From NCBI GenBank assembly GCA_043228905.1, contig JBHGNT010000022.1, positions 3,348,001-3,412,000 of the forward strand: a stretch of DNA of 64,000 nt. The letters run 5' to 3'. Both the position numbers and the translations under genes were made by a program. This DNA is from Azolla caroliniana (taxonomy: Eukaryota > Plantae > Polypodiophyta). Within the stretch, counting starts at the first letter, position 1. Each line of letters starts with the position of its first letter. Positions 37,001 to 48,999 of the stretch are shown here, in pieces. Below the pieces are notes generated by a model. That model worked only from the letters and a program-made list of their open reading frames with translations. It did no database searches and had not been told where the DNA came from.

Positions 37001-39943
37001 CTCTACCGTGCTCTCCCCGCGCAAGGAACCGAGGAAACGGTTCACGCGCAAAGAGAAGGGGAAGAGGAAGATGCCGGAATTTGAAACCGGTAACGATGAG
37101 TCGGATCGATGCGTATCCGATTCCGGAAAGGAGAAAGGCGGATCTTCGGCAACGAAGACCGAACTGGCCAAGAAGGGCCTCAAATCAGGTGATGGTGCGT
37201 TGCGCCGATCAACCCGCCAGAAGGATCCCGTCATACGGTACGAGTACAATGAATACATGGCGCATCATTATGTGTACATGACTAAGGTGACAGAAGTGCG
37301 TGAGCCGGAGAGCTATGCAAAAGCGGCAAAGGACGCAAATTGGCGTGCCGCTATGGACGAAGAAATGCGGGCGCTCGATGCCAACGAAACTTGGGACCTA
37401 GTTGATCCTCCCCGTCACTGTAGACCGATCGGATGCAAGTGGGTGTACAAGGTCAAGTACAACGCCAACGGTTCTGTTAACCGGTACAAAGCCCGGTTAG
37501 TGGCGAAGGGATACGCGCAGACCCACGGAATCGACTACGATGAGACCTTCGCTCCAGTGGCGAAGATGACGACGGTTCGTGTGGTATTGGAGGTTGCTGC
37601 GGCAAGGGGGTGGCATCTTCACCAGATGGATGTGAAGAACGCCTTCCTTCAAGGAGAGCTTGAAGAAGAAGTCTTTATGACTCAGCCCCCCGGATTTCAA
37701 TCGGAGATGAACAAGTCGGCGGTATGCCGACTGAAGAAGTCGCTTTACGGCTTGAAGCAAGCCCCCCGAGCTTGGAACGCGAAGATCACGCACCGGTTGC
37801 GTAAGCTGGGGTTTGCTGTCTCTAAGTCGGACTCTTCGTTGTTCATCCGGCAAGGCTCTGACGGTCCGGTATGTATACTCTTGTATGTGGATGATTTAGT
37901 CATCACCGAACCGGGTCTTCCTGAAATCAACCGCGTCAAGTCCCAGTTGTCGGACGCATTCGAAATGAAGGACCTGGGGGACCTTCATTATTTTCTTGGG
38001 CTCGAAGTGATTCGGACCCTCGATGGCATATTGCTCTCACAACGACATTACGTGTTGAATATGCTATATAAGTTCGGCATGACGGATTGCCGACCTGTCT
38101 CCACACCCATGGACCGGAACCAGAAGCTCCGTCCCAACTCCGGACCGGCCTGCAATGAGAAACGGTTCCGACAGGTTGTCGGAAGCCTGATCTACTTAAC
38201 CATCACCCGACCCGACATCAGCTATCTGGTCGGGATGGTAAGTCAGTTCATGCAGGAGCCGACCATGGAGCACCTTCAGTGCGCGCAACGAATATTACGG
38301 TATGTCAGCGGCACTAAGGACCGGGGACTGCTATACCGGCGAGGTATACCCAAAGAGCTCGTCGGTTACACAGATGCTGACTGGGCCGGCGATGCGTCTG
38401 ATCGCCGCTCCACTTCCGGATACATGTTCTCCATAGGTAGCGCGGCCGTTGCGTGGAGCAGCAAGAAGCAGCCCATAGTGGCTTTGTCAAGCACTGAGGC
38501 TAAGTACCGGGCCGCTACCGTTGCCACTTGTGAAGCCATCTGGCTTCGGCGACTGCTGCGAGACTTGCGGATCGAGGTACCGACCCCGATCCCGATTTAC
38601 TGCGATAACATGAGCAGCCTGCAGCTCGCCAGGAACCCTATGTTCCATGCTTGCACAAAGCACATCGAGGTGCACTACCACTTCGTGCGTGAGCGGGTCC
38701 TGAGCGGTGAAGTTGACCTACGGTATGTTCATACGGATCGGCAAGTTGCCGACATCTTCACCAAGCCGCTCGGATCGGACAAGTTGCAGCACTTTACCGA
38801 CATGCTTGGTATTCAGCATCTCGACGTGCCGCACTTGAGGGGGAGAAGCAAGGGCAAAGTCTCTACCGAAAAGGGCAAAGGCCAAAAAACTGTTGAACCC
38901 GTCGGTAAGAGGAGAGCCGGAAGAAGAGGAGACAAGAAGATGAAGGAAGCCGAGTTGACGAAGGAAGTCGACACATCCGAACAGGTCGGAGCAAGCGGCT
39001 GTGAAGAAGAGTTGTGCACTCAGGAAGAGAAGTGCATGTTGTGCGGAGGTCATCACGACGGTACTGACCATGATACAGAGTCGAATGAAGAACTCGATTT
39101 CGGTTCATCGGCTGAAGAAGCCGAGGGAAGCATGGAGAAGGCCAAGACTCAGAAGTGGTCCGATGTGGTGAGAGGCCTGAAGCCGGAAGTCGAATCGGAG
39201 TGTACCGATTTGGACAAGAGCTGGAACGAGTCGGAGATAGCTGATTCGGATCAACAGATGGATCCGGAAGAGTCGGATCGACTGAAAGCCAAGGGGACAC
39301 GGACACAGCGGAAGTCGATGCCATCGTGGGAGAACCGACGGATCGGCAAGCGCCGGAGTTACAACAACGTGACTGCTGAGATGGGCCTATTGAGCAGACA
39401 TACCGACCAAGAGGGTCGAGGCGCGCAGAACCAAAGGGGTCGCGGCAAACGAGACCGGACCGGACGAGGAGCACAAGCAAGGCGGAGTGACGCCGGGAGA
39501 AGTCGGTTGGAAGAACCGACTGCCACAGAGGTCGACACTACGACCCCACCTTAGGTTGAGCTTGAGGGGGAGTGTTGAGCGGCAAGCTCAACCGGAGCCG
39601 GTAAGCGAGACGGATCGGGCGAAACGGATCGGTATGACGGTGAGCAACCGAACCGGCAAGCAGTGGAGGCCGGGTGCAATCCGTAACCGGCAGTCCAATC
39701 GGAAGCCTAGTATAGGATAGACTACTAGGTAGCTATAGTCTCGTAGTAAGTGTCAGATGCTCGTGTGAGCATTGAAGTACATGGTACTTCTGTCAGTCCC
39801 AAGAGGACTTGTATAAATAGTGCTACTTAGCACAGTGTGTAGTGTGTGAGTCTTGATATAATTTTGAAAGTGTGTTCTCTTCTCTCTCTCTCTCTCTCTG
39901 TGTTGTTCTCTGTTTTACGCTTCCGCAAACACTTACGTTTTCA
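34039..39943 (+). mobile_element. Copia D: full-length young Ty1/copia element (same family as Copia A) inserted in Gypsy H
   Basis: LTRs 34039-34437 and 39573-39943, PBS TGGTATCAGAGC 34438-34449, PPT GAGGGGGAG, perfect TSD ATGGT (34034-34038 / 39944-39948). Confidence 0.97.
34532..39578 (+). pseudogene. Copia D gag-pol with few lesions (stops ~34637, 35605, 39552; frameshifts ~35118, ~36636)
   Basis: ORFs 34721-35503, 34798-35607, 35677-36639 and 36645-39554 cover Gag, zinc knuckle, PR, INT, RT (YVDD), RH and a C-terminal extension. Confidence 0.93.
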
Positions 39944-39948
39944 ATGGT

Positions 39949-41947
39949 GTTATACCCTTGGGTTATGGCGTACTTCCTTCTGTAGGTACGCGAACCTTGG
40001 TGCGTCCATGTCGGAAACTGATACATTTGTGTTGCCAGCTCTGCTTGATATTTGCTGCCCGAAGCCATGGTTTGCCTAGGAGCACTGGGTATGCCCCTGG
40101 GGCGTCCAAGGCGAGGAAGATTGCCGAGATGTCAAAGCGATGTCCGCCCACGATAATGCCTATTTTGCGAATTAACCCTAATGGTCGTACTGAGCGGGTA
40201 TCTGCCATTCGGGGCCAGAATGGGCAAGCCTCCCATTCTAAAATGCCTAACTACTCGCAAGTTTTCACGCTAATTACAAAGCCGCCATCGATTACGCATT
40301 CCGGAATTTCCTATCCGTGTAATATTAATGTAATAGCCGGGTTGTGTTGATCCACTACCGGCGGTCCGTCGCTAACATCTGTAAGGTTTGTAGCGACGCT
40401 TACCCCGGGTATGCTTGTCACCCATTCTTCCATGGTATGGCGGAAGCGTGGGACTAGTTGTAGCAATTTCTCCATGGTTAATGTTATCTCGCAGCCTGCT
40501 AATGCCTGCCAAATGGGGTCCGGGACCGGTCCTTCGTCCTCTACTCGCTCCCTCGCATTTGCAGACTCCTTCCGCATGCGCTCTGTATTGGTTGCATTTG
40601 CTTTTTCCACCCATGCCTGGGCTTGTCGTCGTATCTCATCTTGCGCAGCCCAATCCGCCGTTTTTGTTTGCTGGCGTGTCATGACTTGCTGCACTTCCGC
40701 CGTAATCGTATTGACGGCGGGCCCCTTGCCCTTGTGTGTTGGGCATCGCGTGGCATAATGTCCGGGCTGTTGACAAATAAAGCAATGAATGCTTGATTCA
40801 CCCTTCTCGGCTCCTGGTGGTGTTTGCCGCTTCCCTGGTGTGACTTGCTCCTCGCAGTCCGGCCTCATTTGTCAGAATGCACGCGGTGGTTGTTGTTGGT
40901 CCCGTCGTTGTTCCTGGTGTCACTCATCTCCCGAGCTTTCGTCGTAACACCGGTGATCTCGATATTGCCGCAGCTTACCACGATAACCATTGAAGCTGCC
41001 CTGTTTGGTTGTCGGCCAGTGATTCTCGTAGCGCCGACCCCCTTTAGCATAACTCGGATGTCCACGATAATCCTCGTCCTCTGGTTCATCTTCCTTGGAA
41101 TCGTTGTGATTTCCGCGATTCTGGTGGTGCCGGTCGTCCCGTGGGTTGCGATCCATATACCGTGGTCGGTCTTCTTGCCTCCTTTGTTCAGTTCGACGTG
41201 GTGGATGCTGGGTGTCCATGTTGCGGACTGTGGGAGCAGCTCTGTTCAACATATTGTATTCGTATTGTTCGACTGTGTGAGCCTTCAAGTGGCAGATTGG
41301 GCAGTGGATTCGCATATATGCACTCCACTGCGGAATGCCCCGAGTTCAAGCAAATCGTGCACTGGATTGCTTGACGAAACTAGCGTTCCTCATCCTGGGG
41401 TAACGCTTGTCGTAAGGAGGACATAGAAAACCTTTCCTCCTCCTCGTCCAACTCGAGTTGTAACGCTCGTTCAATGACCATATCCGCCGTTTCCCCTTTC
41501 ACGCTATTGTTGTTGAGCGTTGCCCGGATGGGTCGGCGTAATGCTGCTAGAAATGTTTCTCGAGCCTTGTCCTCCGCGGGGCTCCGTTCTAGTTTCCGCC
41601 GTAAATTTTGGAAACGTAAGCTGAAGTCTGCAATCGTCTCGGTCGGCAGTTGCTTAATCGTGTAGAACTGTCCGAGGATTTCGCGTTGTGGAACCCGCCG
41701 ATGGAAGAACCGCAAGAAAGCGAACTGCAGTTGATCGAAGGTTGTGATTGCTGGTAAGTCCATCTGTGAATGCCAAAACGCCGCTCGCCCATCCAATGTT
41801 AACCCAAACTCCGTCATTTTCGATTGGTGCGCTACCGCCTCCGAAAGGCTCTGCGCCATGTGGTTCGCATTCTAGACATTAAGGAACATGCGAATATGGG
41901 TTGCGGCGTCGGTTTCGCCGTTAAAGCGGGGATAGGCAAAGGCCATG
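39949..41947 (-). pseudogene. Gypsy H gag and protease
   Basis: Starts MAFAYPRFNGETDA, then gag core (QLPTETIADFSLRF), zinc knuckle CFICQQPGHYATRC, and a protease with VIDGG and YPVLLGKPWL. Confidence 0.88.
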
Positions 41948-42734
41948 CTGGGGGCTACGGCGGGTCGGGAAAGACCACAGGGTGGCTGTGGTGAGCATGC
42001 TCCCCGCGTATCGTCGAGGTGTTTGGAGAGCGAAGAATCACCTTTGTAATCACGGCAGGTAGTACTAAGGTCGCTGAGGCGAGGCTTCTGTCACGCGCGT
42101 TCCTCTGCCTGGCGTGTGACGGACCGTGTGATTGGTCGGTCTTGTCGTGTTGGTTCTTTAGGGCGTCTGCGGTTAAACATCCATTCGTCGTTGCTCCTCT
42201 GTGAGAAGACACAGATCACCAAGCGTGCCAAAAGTGTTACAGATTAGGAACATGGTCTTCGGTCAGTCCTTCGACCTAGACCTCCAAGTGATTGTGGAAC
42301 AACGAAAGGGGCGTTTATGCATAATGCGTAGGGGAATGCTCCTTGTAACCTATCAGCGTATAAGGGGGACGGTTACAACCGACTCCTTAGCAATGGTTAC
42401 ACTTACGTTCTTACACGCTCAGATATTCCAGACACACAATAAATTAGCCGTAGCTATACACAGACTTTCAGAGAAGATAGAATTCTATTACGATACGCTT
42501 CTTTACATTCCAAAAATACACACTCCCTCTATCAGAGGTTTTCTGCCCTTTATATACGCAGGGTCTATTTAGCCGTTCACGCTTCCTATGTGAACCGTTA
42601 CATGCATTATGATCTTATATTATTTCCTATTCCTATGCTCTTGTCCGTCGGTTACTATTCCAGCGGACAACAACAGGTACAAGCAAGATGAGCACGCAAG
42701 ATGAACGCACAAGGGGACGATAACACAAACACGA

Positions 42735-43245
42735 ATGCCCGTACGTCTTTATGAGGAGGAGAGGTGCATGGGCATGCCCGAACGCTCCCTCGTCACAAGA
42801 CGTCGAATGTACGAGGAAGACACAAACCACACGCACAAATGCTCGTACGCCTTTATGAGGAGGAGAGGTGCATGGGCAAGCCCGAAACGCTCCCTCGTCA
42901 CAAGACGATCGAACGTACCATGAAGACACAAACACACACACAAAATGCTCGTACGCCTTTATGAGGAGGAGAGGTGCATGGGCACGCCCGAAACGCTCCC
43001 TCGTTACGAGACGACCGAACGTACAAGGAAGACACAAACACACACACAAAATGCTCGTACGCCTTTATGAGGAGGAGAGGTGCATGGGCAAGCCCGAAAT
43101 GGTCCCTCGTCACAAGACGACTAAACATACAAGGAAGACACATGCACAAAATGCTCGTACGCCTTTATGAGGAGGAGAGGTGCATGGGCATGCCCGAAAC
43201 ACTCCCTTGTCACAAGACGGCCGAATGTACAAGGAAGACACGAAC
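42735..43245. repeat. Tandem repeat, 5 copies of 100-106 bp, inside element G
   Basis: Units start at 42735, 42839, 42945, 43051 and 43151 (ATGCTCGTACGCCTTTATGAGGAGGAGAGGTGCATGGGCA...). Length varies in a (CA)n tract. Confidence 0.95.
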
Positions 43246-44120
43246 AAAGAAAGAAGGAAAGAAAGAAACACGAATGATATCGGCCAAAGAAATAAATACG
43301 TGTTCGATTCCAACGCAAGAGGACCCTTTATAAAATAGGGTTTGATTACAATGGCAACTTATAGTTAACCACAAGCTCAATCAAAACATAAATACTAAAT
43401 GCCCTTAAAGACAAGAGCAAATCCGAACACGGCGAAGATAAACACACGAGCACCACCAAAATGCCAATCCCAACGAACCACGACCACCTGAACGGCGAGC
43501 ACACGGGCTCGCAATGACAAACAGGGCAGAGCAACGTCGAACCAACGAAGCTTGGGCTCACGAGCACTTCGAGTGCTGACACGAAGAAGACGAGCACATG
43601 GCGGTGGGGGGATGAAGGGGTATGAGATGAAGAGAAGTGGTGAATAAGAAAATGAAGAGCTCCGAAAGAAAAATGGCGATAGTCTCCTCCTCCCAAAACG
43701 TCCTCCCAAATGAGCCCCCCTCGACCTCCTTTTATAGGAAAGAAGGAAGGGGGGTCGCCAATTTCGTCTTTAATGCAAAAAGGAATTTTATTCCTTAAAT
43801 CACACTGCACTATAAGACTAGATTTGAATCGTGTACCTTTAGCTAGAAGTCAATGTGACTATCCACTAGCCCATTAACTCTCTCTTATATAATATATGAT
43901 TCTATCTCTATAAACTCTTAGCTTGTCTCCCCTCTACTTTTTATCTCTCCTCTCTCTTACTTTTTACACGGGCTTCTATGCATCATTTCCACCCTTTCTT
44001 TTCCCTTTTCTTTTTCATGTGTGCAATTAATTTGTGTGCACACACATTGCACATGCACATTTTGACCCCCCCCTTTCGCCGGTTTTTCCCACTCTCGAGC
44101 ACGCCACATCACGACAACGT

Positions 44121-47100
44121 CAAGGTGATCGTCCAGCCTCCGCATACGTTGAAGATTTTCGCCTACTCACCTCCGATATCCCTTGGGATGACCAAGCACT
44201 TATGGAGCAATTTCGTTATGGTCTATGTAACGATGTCAAGGATTTACTCTTGACCTTCCCTGAAGAACCAAAGTCATTGACAGAAGTAATCAGTCGCATG
44301 GTGAGATGCAACAACCGTCTTTTTGAATGACGTTTAGAACGTCAGTTCCAGATGCCAATGGCAAGATCAGAGCCCACCTATGCCTCAATGGTAGCAAAAC
44401 CTTTTCCAAGGGAGTCATATAATGCATCTCCAGTGAATACTCCAACTCCGATGGAAATTGATACTACACGTCGTCGCGGACCATTATCAGAAGAAGAAAA
44501 GCAGCGACACCGAGCAAATCGACTATGTCTTTATTGCGGTGGACCAGGGTATATTGCAGTGAACTGTCCCCATGGGCCAAGAAGACAGTTGAACCAAATA
44601 GTTGCTAGTTCTAATTGTACTAAACCCTAGTCTATTTCAGTAGGAATATCTGATAGTCTTAATAGTACTAATAGCCCAAATCTATCGAACAAATTTGATG
44701 TCCTTAGTAAGTTAGAAGAAGAGTTAAACGACTAAGTCCAGCCAAAATAGGAGCCGTTTGGTTGGACAACACTAGATCTATGTAGCCCATTAGTAGTTCC
44801 ATTCCCTCTAAGCAAGTTATCAATGTGTTCTTAGCCCAAGTAACAGTTAGTACTAAAAGTACCTCTCTAGTACATGTCTCAGCACTCCTAGATTCTGGAG
44901 CTAATTCTTGCTTCATGGATAGGAATTTTGCCCAAGCTCATCAAATATCCCTAAGAAAACTCTCGTGTCCAGCCTCTGTAGTAGTGATTGATGGTCATCC
45001 TATTGCTTCCGGAAATATCATAGAAGAGTCAGAGCCCGTTAATATTGTCCTAAATAATTTAGCGTGTGTAGTATCCTTTTAATATAATTAGTATCTAGAA
45101 CATCCCATTGTTTTGGGATTACCATGGTTCGAATTACATAACCCAGACATAGATTGGAGAACAAGGGAAATCTCGTATCGACAAACCCGAGGATCTACTC
45201 ATAAGATTGCAACCATTTCGCTACATCAGTTGCGTGAGGAAGGATGCAAGGAAGAAATGTTTCTCTTCGCAATATCAGTAAAACCCTCCAACACCACTAA
45301 AGAGGAGTCCACCGTTCAACTTCCAGAGAAGTATCATCATTATGCTGATGTGTTCGATAAAGTATAAGCCAATACGCTTCCTCACCATCGATTGTATGAT
45401 TGCTCCATCGATTTACAACCAAGAAAAGGGCCACCATGGGGACCGATCTACAATTTGTCACCAACCGAGCTAGAAGTCCTTCGAGCCTATATATAGGAGA
45501 ATTTGGCAAATGGTTTCATTCAACATTCGAAATCTCCAGCCGGCACACCCATTTTCTTCGTCAAGAAAAAGGATGGATCACTTCGTCTCATCGTAGATTA
45601 CCGTGGCTTGAATAAGGTCACCATCAGGAATAGGTACACACTTCCCCTTATCTCAAGTCTTTTAGAACGGATCAATGGTGCAAGGTTCTTCACAAAGATC
45701 GACTTACGAGGAGCATATAACCTCGTACGGATCCGACCAGGAGATGAATGGAAGACTGCGTTTCGCACTAGATATAGGCACTTCGAGTATACAGTCATGC
45801 CATTCGGCCTCACTAATGCGCCAACAGTCTTCCAACACATGGCAAATGATATATTCCAAGATCTCTTGGATGTTTGTTTGATCATCTATTTGGATGATCT
45901 ACTGGTGTATTCGAAGACCCAAGAAGAGCATGATTCTCATGTACTGTTAGTACTAAAACGACGTCGAGAACATGGTCTTTATGCAAAGCTAGAAAAATGT
46001 AGTTTTGAGTGCAACCAAGTAGAATTTCTAGGCTATGTCATTTCCTCAGAAGGCATCTCCATAGATCCAACAAAGGTCAAAACGGTGGTAGAGTGGCAGA
46101 CTCCACGTTCGTTGTGAGATGTGCAATGCTTTTTAGGCTTTGCCAATTTCTACCGCAAGTTTATACATGATTACTCAAAGCTTGTTTTGCCTCTCACACA
46201 ACTCACCAGGAAGGGACAATTGTTCGTTTGGTCTGAAGAAGCAGACATGGCTTTTGAGAGTCTTAAGAAGGCATTTACATCAACTCCTATTCTAGCTCAT
46301 GTTGATCCGGAAAAACCATTCATCATTGAAGCAAACGTGTCGGATTTCTCCTTGGGTAGCATTCTGTCTCAACAAGGCGATGATGAAAAGCTACATCGTG
46401 TGGTTTTCCACTCATGCAAGTTTGACACCGCCGAAATAAACTATGAAAGTCATGATAAGGAGCTATTAGCAATAGTGGAATCTTTTACGCAATGGAGGCA
46501 TTTTCTAGAGGGGTCTTCTCATCAAGTCACCGTATTCAGTGATCACAAAAATCTTGCCTATTTTCAGAATGCTCGTGTGTTAAATCGATGTCAAGCTCAA
46601 TGGGCCCAATTTCTCACTCGTTTCGACTTCAAAATTACATATTGTCCAGGGAAGCAACAAGGGAAGGCGGATGCATTATCACAATGCTCGTATCTAGCAC
46701 CGCGTCCCGGTGAGCCGGCTTTTGATAACCAAAAGCAAGTAATCCTGGGACCGGCACGATTGCAAGCAACGCAGGTCTTCGATATACCCTTGGATTCCCA
46801 TGTTATCGATACCATATGTGAGGACTTGAAGACATATACTTTCGCCCAAGCCATTCTAGCACAAATTGATCCCTCTCGAGCATCTTGTTCATAGTCGCAA
46901 CAACTAGGTGCGGACAATTGACAATTCGAATGTCATGATGGATTACTGTTCTTTAAGAAACTCTTGTATGTTCCTAATGGTACTTGTCGCCTTCAAGTAG
47001 TCCAAAATTGTCATGACACATATACAGTTGGGCATTTTGGTAGTACTAAAACATTAGATTTAATACAACGATCATTCTGGTGGCCCCATATGCGACAATT

Positions 47101-48318
47101 TGTCTAAGATTTTGTTCGGACTTGTGATACATGTTGTAGAGCAAAAATGCCAAGACATCATCCATATGGTTTATTAGAACCATTACCAATTCCAAGCAAG
47201 CCATGGCAATCCATTGCTCTAGATTTCATCATAGATCTTCCGGTCTCTAAGGGATTTGATGTGATCTTAACAATAGTAGATTGATATACGAAGATGACCC
47301 ATTTCCTACCATGTATTAAGGAAATCTCTAGTGAAGAAACCATTGAAACTGTCATGCGTGAAGTATGTCGGCATCATGGCCTTCCTGATAGTATCATCAG
47401 CGATCGTGGACCCCAGTTCGTCTCGAAGTTCTGGAAGCACCTCTTTAAAATGCTTAAGGTCACATGTAACCTCTCCTCCGGCTACCACCCGCAAACAGAT
47501 GGCCAAGCAGAACGAACAAATCAAACGTTGGAGCAGTATCTTCGGTGTTTTCTAAGCTATCATCAAGATGACTGGGCGAATATTCTCCACTTCGCCGAAT
47601 TTGCGTATAATAACTCTGTCCACTCATCGACAAAGGTTACACCATTTTATGCTTATACGGGCTTTCACCCCCGGTGGTGTGTATTTGAAACTCTAGAGTT
47701 ACCCACAAATCCTCGCACAAAGAATCGTTTGGAGAGGTTACGCAAGATACAAGCGGATTTATCTATTCATCTAAAGCACGCTCAACAAACACACAAGGTT
47801 TATGCAGATGGTCATCGGCTTCCATCCAGTTTTAACATTGGCGATCGGGTATGGCTACTACGATACACATAAAGACTACTCGCCCATGCGAGAAGTTGGA
47901 TTATCGGCGATTAGGTCCTTTCTGTATTATCAGAAAAATTAATGATGTCACTTTTCGTCTCGATCTACCTCCGCAACTTCAGATACATCCGGTGTTTCAT
48001 ACTTGTGTCCTCGAACCCTATCAAGACATCACCATTCTAGGTCGTATTAAACAACCTCCACCCCGGATCGAACTTGAAGATGGACCTAAGTACGAGGTTG
48101 CCGCCATCCTCGATTCCAAGATTGTTCACAACAAGCTCTACTATTTAGTCAATTGGCTAGGATATAGTCCCAACAACCGTCCTTGGGAACCAATAGAGAA
48201 TATGACCAATGCTTGTGCTCTTCTTGAAGACTTCCATCGTCAATATCCAGACAAACTGGGTCCTCAATCCAAAATGACTCGTGACACTCGTCGTTTTAAA
48301 GAGGGGATAGTGTCATGA
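44121..48318 (+). pseudogene. Gypsy F gag C-terminus and pol (PR, RT, RH, INT, chromodomain)
   Basis: Reads CLYCGGPGYIAVNC, LLDSGANSCF, IYLDD, HDKELLAI, ISDRGPQF and chromodomain YEVAAILDSK...YYLVNWLGY...WEP. Confidence 0.94.
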
Positions 48319-48597
48319 TATGACGACTCAAACCCATGACCTTATGTTACATGGGTCGAGCTCTTACCATTAGGCTATGTATTGTAATACGAAAGATATT
48401 ATTTTCATTTAAGTTTTACTATAGAAAATTGATGTATATTCTAGATTTCTCTGGAACATTCTAGAAACTTCAAGAGTACTCCTGAGAACTCTATAAAAGG
48501 AGGCACAAGGCATTATTTCGAACCAAATCGATTCAACACCAGTCTTCCTAGCTACTATTGTATATTCTCTTAACATAATATATATCTTTTGTTATCA

Positions 48598-48651
<54 letters not shown>

Positions 48652-48999
48652 TCACTCACTCTTTCCTTCTCTCGAGAGTTCTACACCTCTCTTAGTACTA
48701 ATTCCTTCTCTGTTTTAGAAATGTTCCTGACAGTACTTCTCTGTCTTAGTATTGTTCCTGACAAGTACCAACATTCTGTCGCAATCTTCTCTTGCCGGTT
48801 TTTGGCGCTGCTTTGACTCCCCCTACTTGTGGAGGGTTCAGAATTGTTGTCGGCACCATCATTGTGCCTCCGGTTCTGCTCTTGTCGGCTGCTTCCACTG
48901 CGTGTCGATCCGCCTCCGTGTACAACATCTTGTTTTCGGTGTGCGTGGTTCTCCTCTACTAAGAGCATCGACTGTAAGTCGAAAAATGAGGGTGTATTC

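Larger units (their letters stand above)
23881..42672 (-). mobile_element. Gypsy H: non-chromoviral Ty3/gypsy element with an extra 3' ORF region
   Basis: LTRs 23881-24297 and 42235-42672, TSD ACGGG/ACAGG, minus-strand TATATAAA in the LTR, PBS TGGCACGCTTGGTG (42217-42230 minus). gag starts at 41947, followed by PR, RT (FLDD), RH and INT ending at 27422. No chromodomain. Confidence 0.93.
23651..44116 (-). mobile_element. G: ~1.67 kb solo-LTR-like element (23651-23880 + 42678-44116), related to E-family LTRs, hosting Gypsy H
   Basis: 4-bp TSD ACGT (23647-23650 / 44117-44120) and right end CATCACGACA. The left end shares GGG.GGGA.CAC.GGGGT.TTGGACTAGG with the E LTR U5 end. Minus-strand TATA (CCTATAAAAGG) near 43730. 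Confidence 0.75.
22597..48763 (+). mobile_element. Gypsy F: chromovirus (Tcn1/Tf1-sushi-like) inserted in the Copia C Gag zinc knuckle
   Basis: LTRs 22597-23017 and 48311-48763, perfect TSD AGTAC (22592-22596 / 48764-48768), PPT AAAGAGGGGATAG 48298-48310. Domain order Gag-PR-RT-RH-INT-chromodomain. Confidence 0.95.

Noticed and set aside
42735-43245. CRISPR-like appearance (conserved core with variable linkers)
   Set aside because: The linkers are homologous to each other rather than unique spacers, there are no cas genes, and the context is a eukaryotic LTR.
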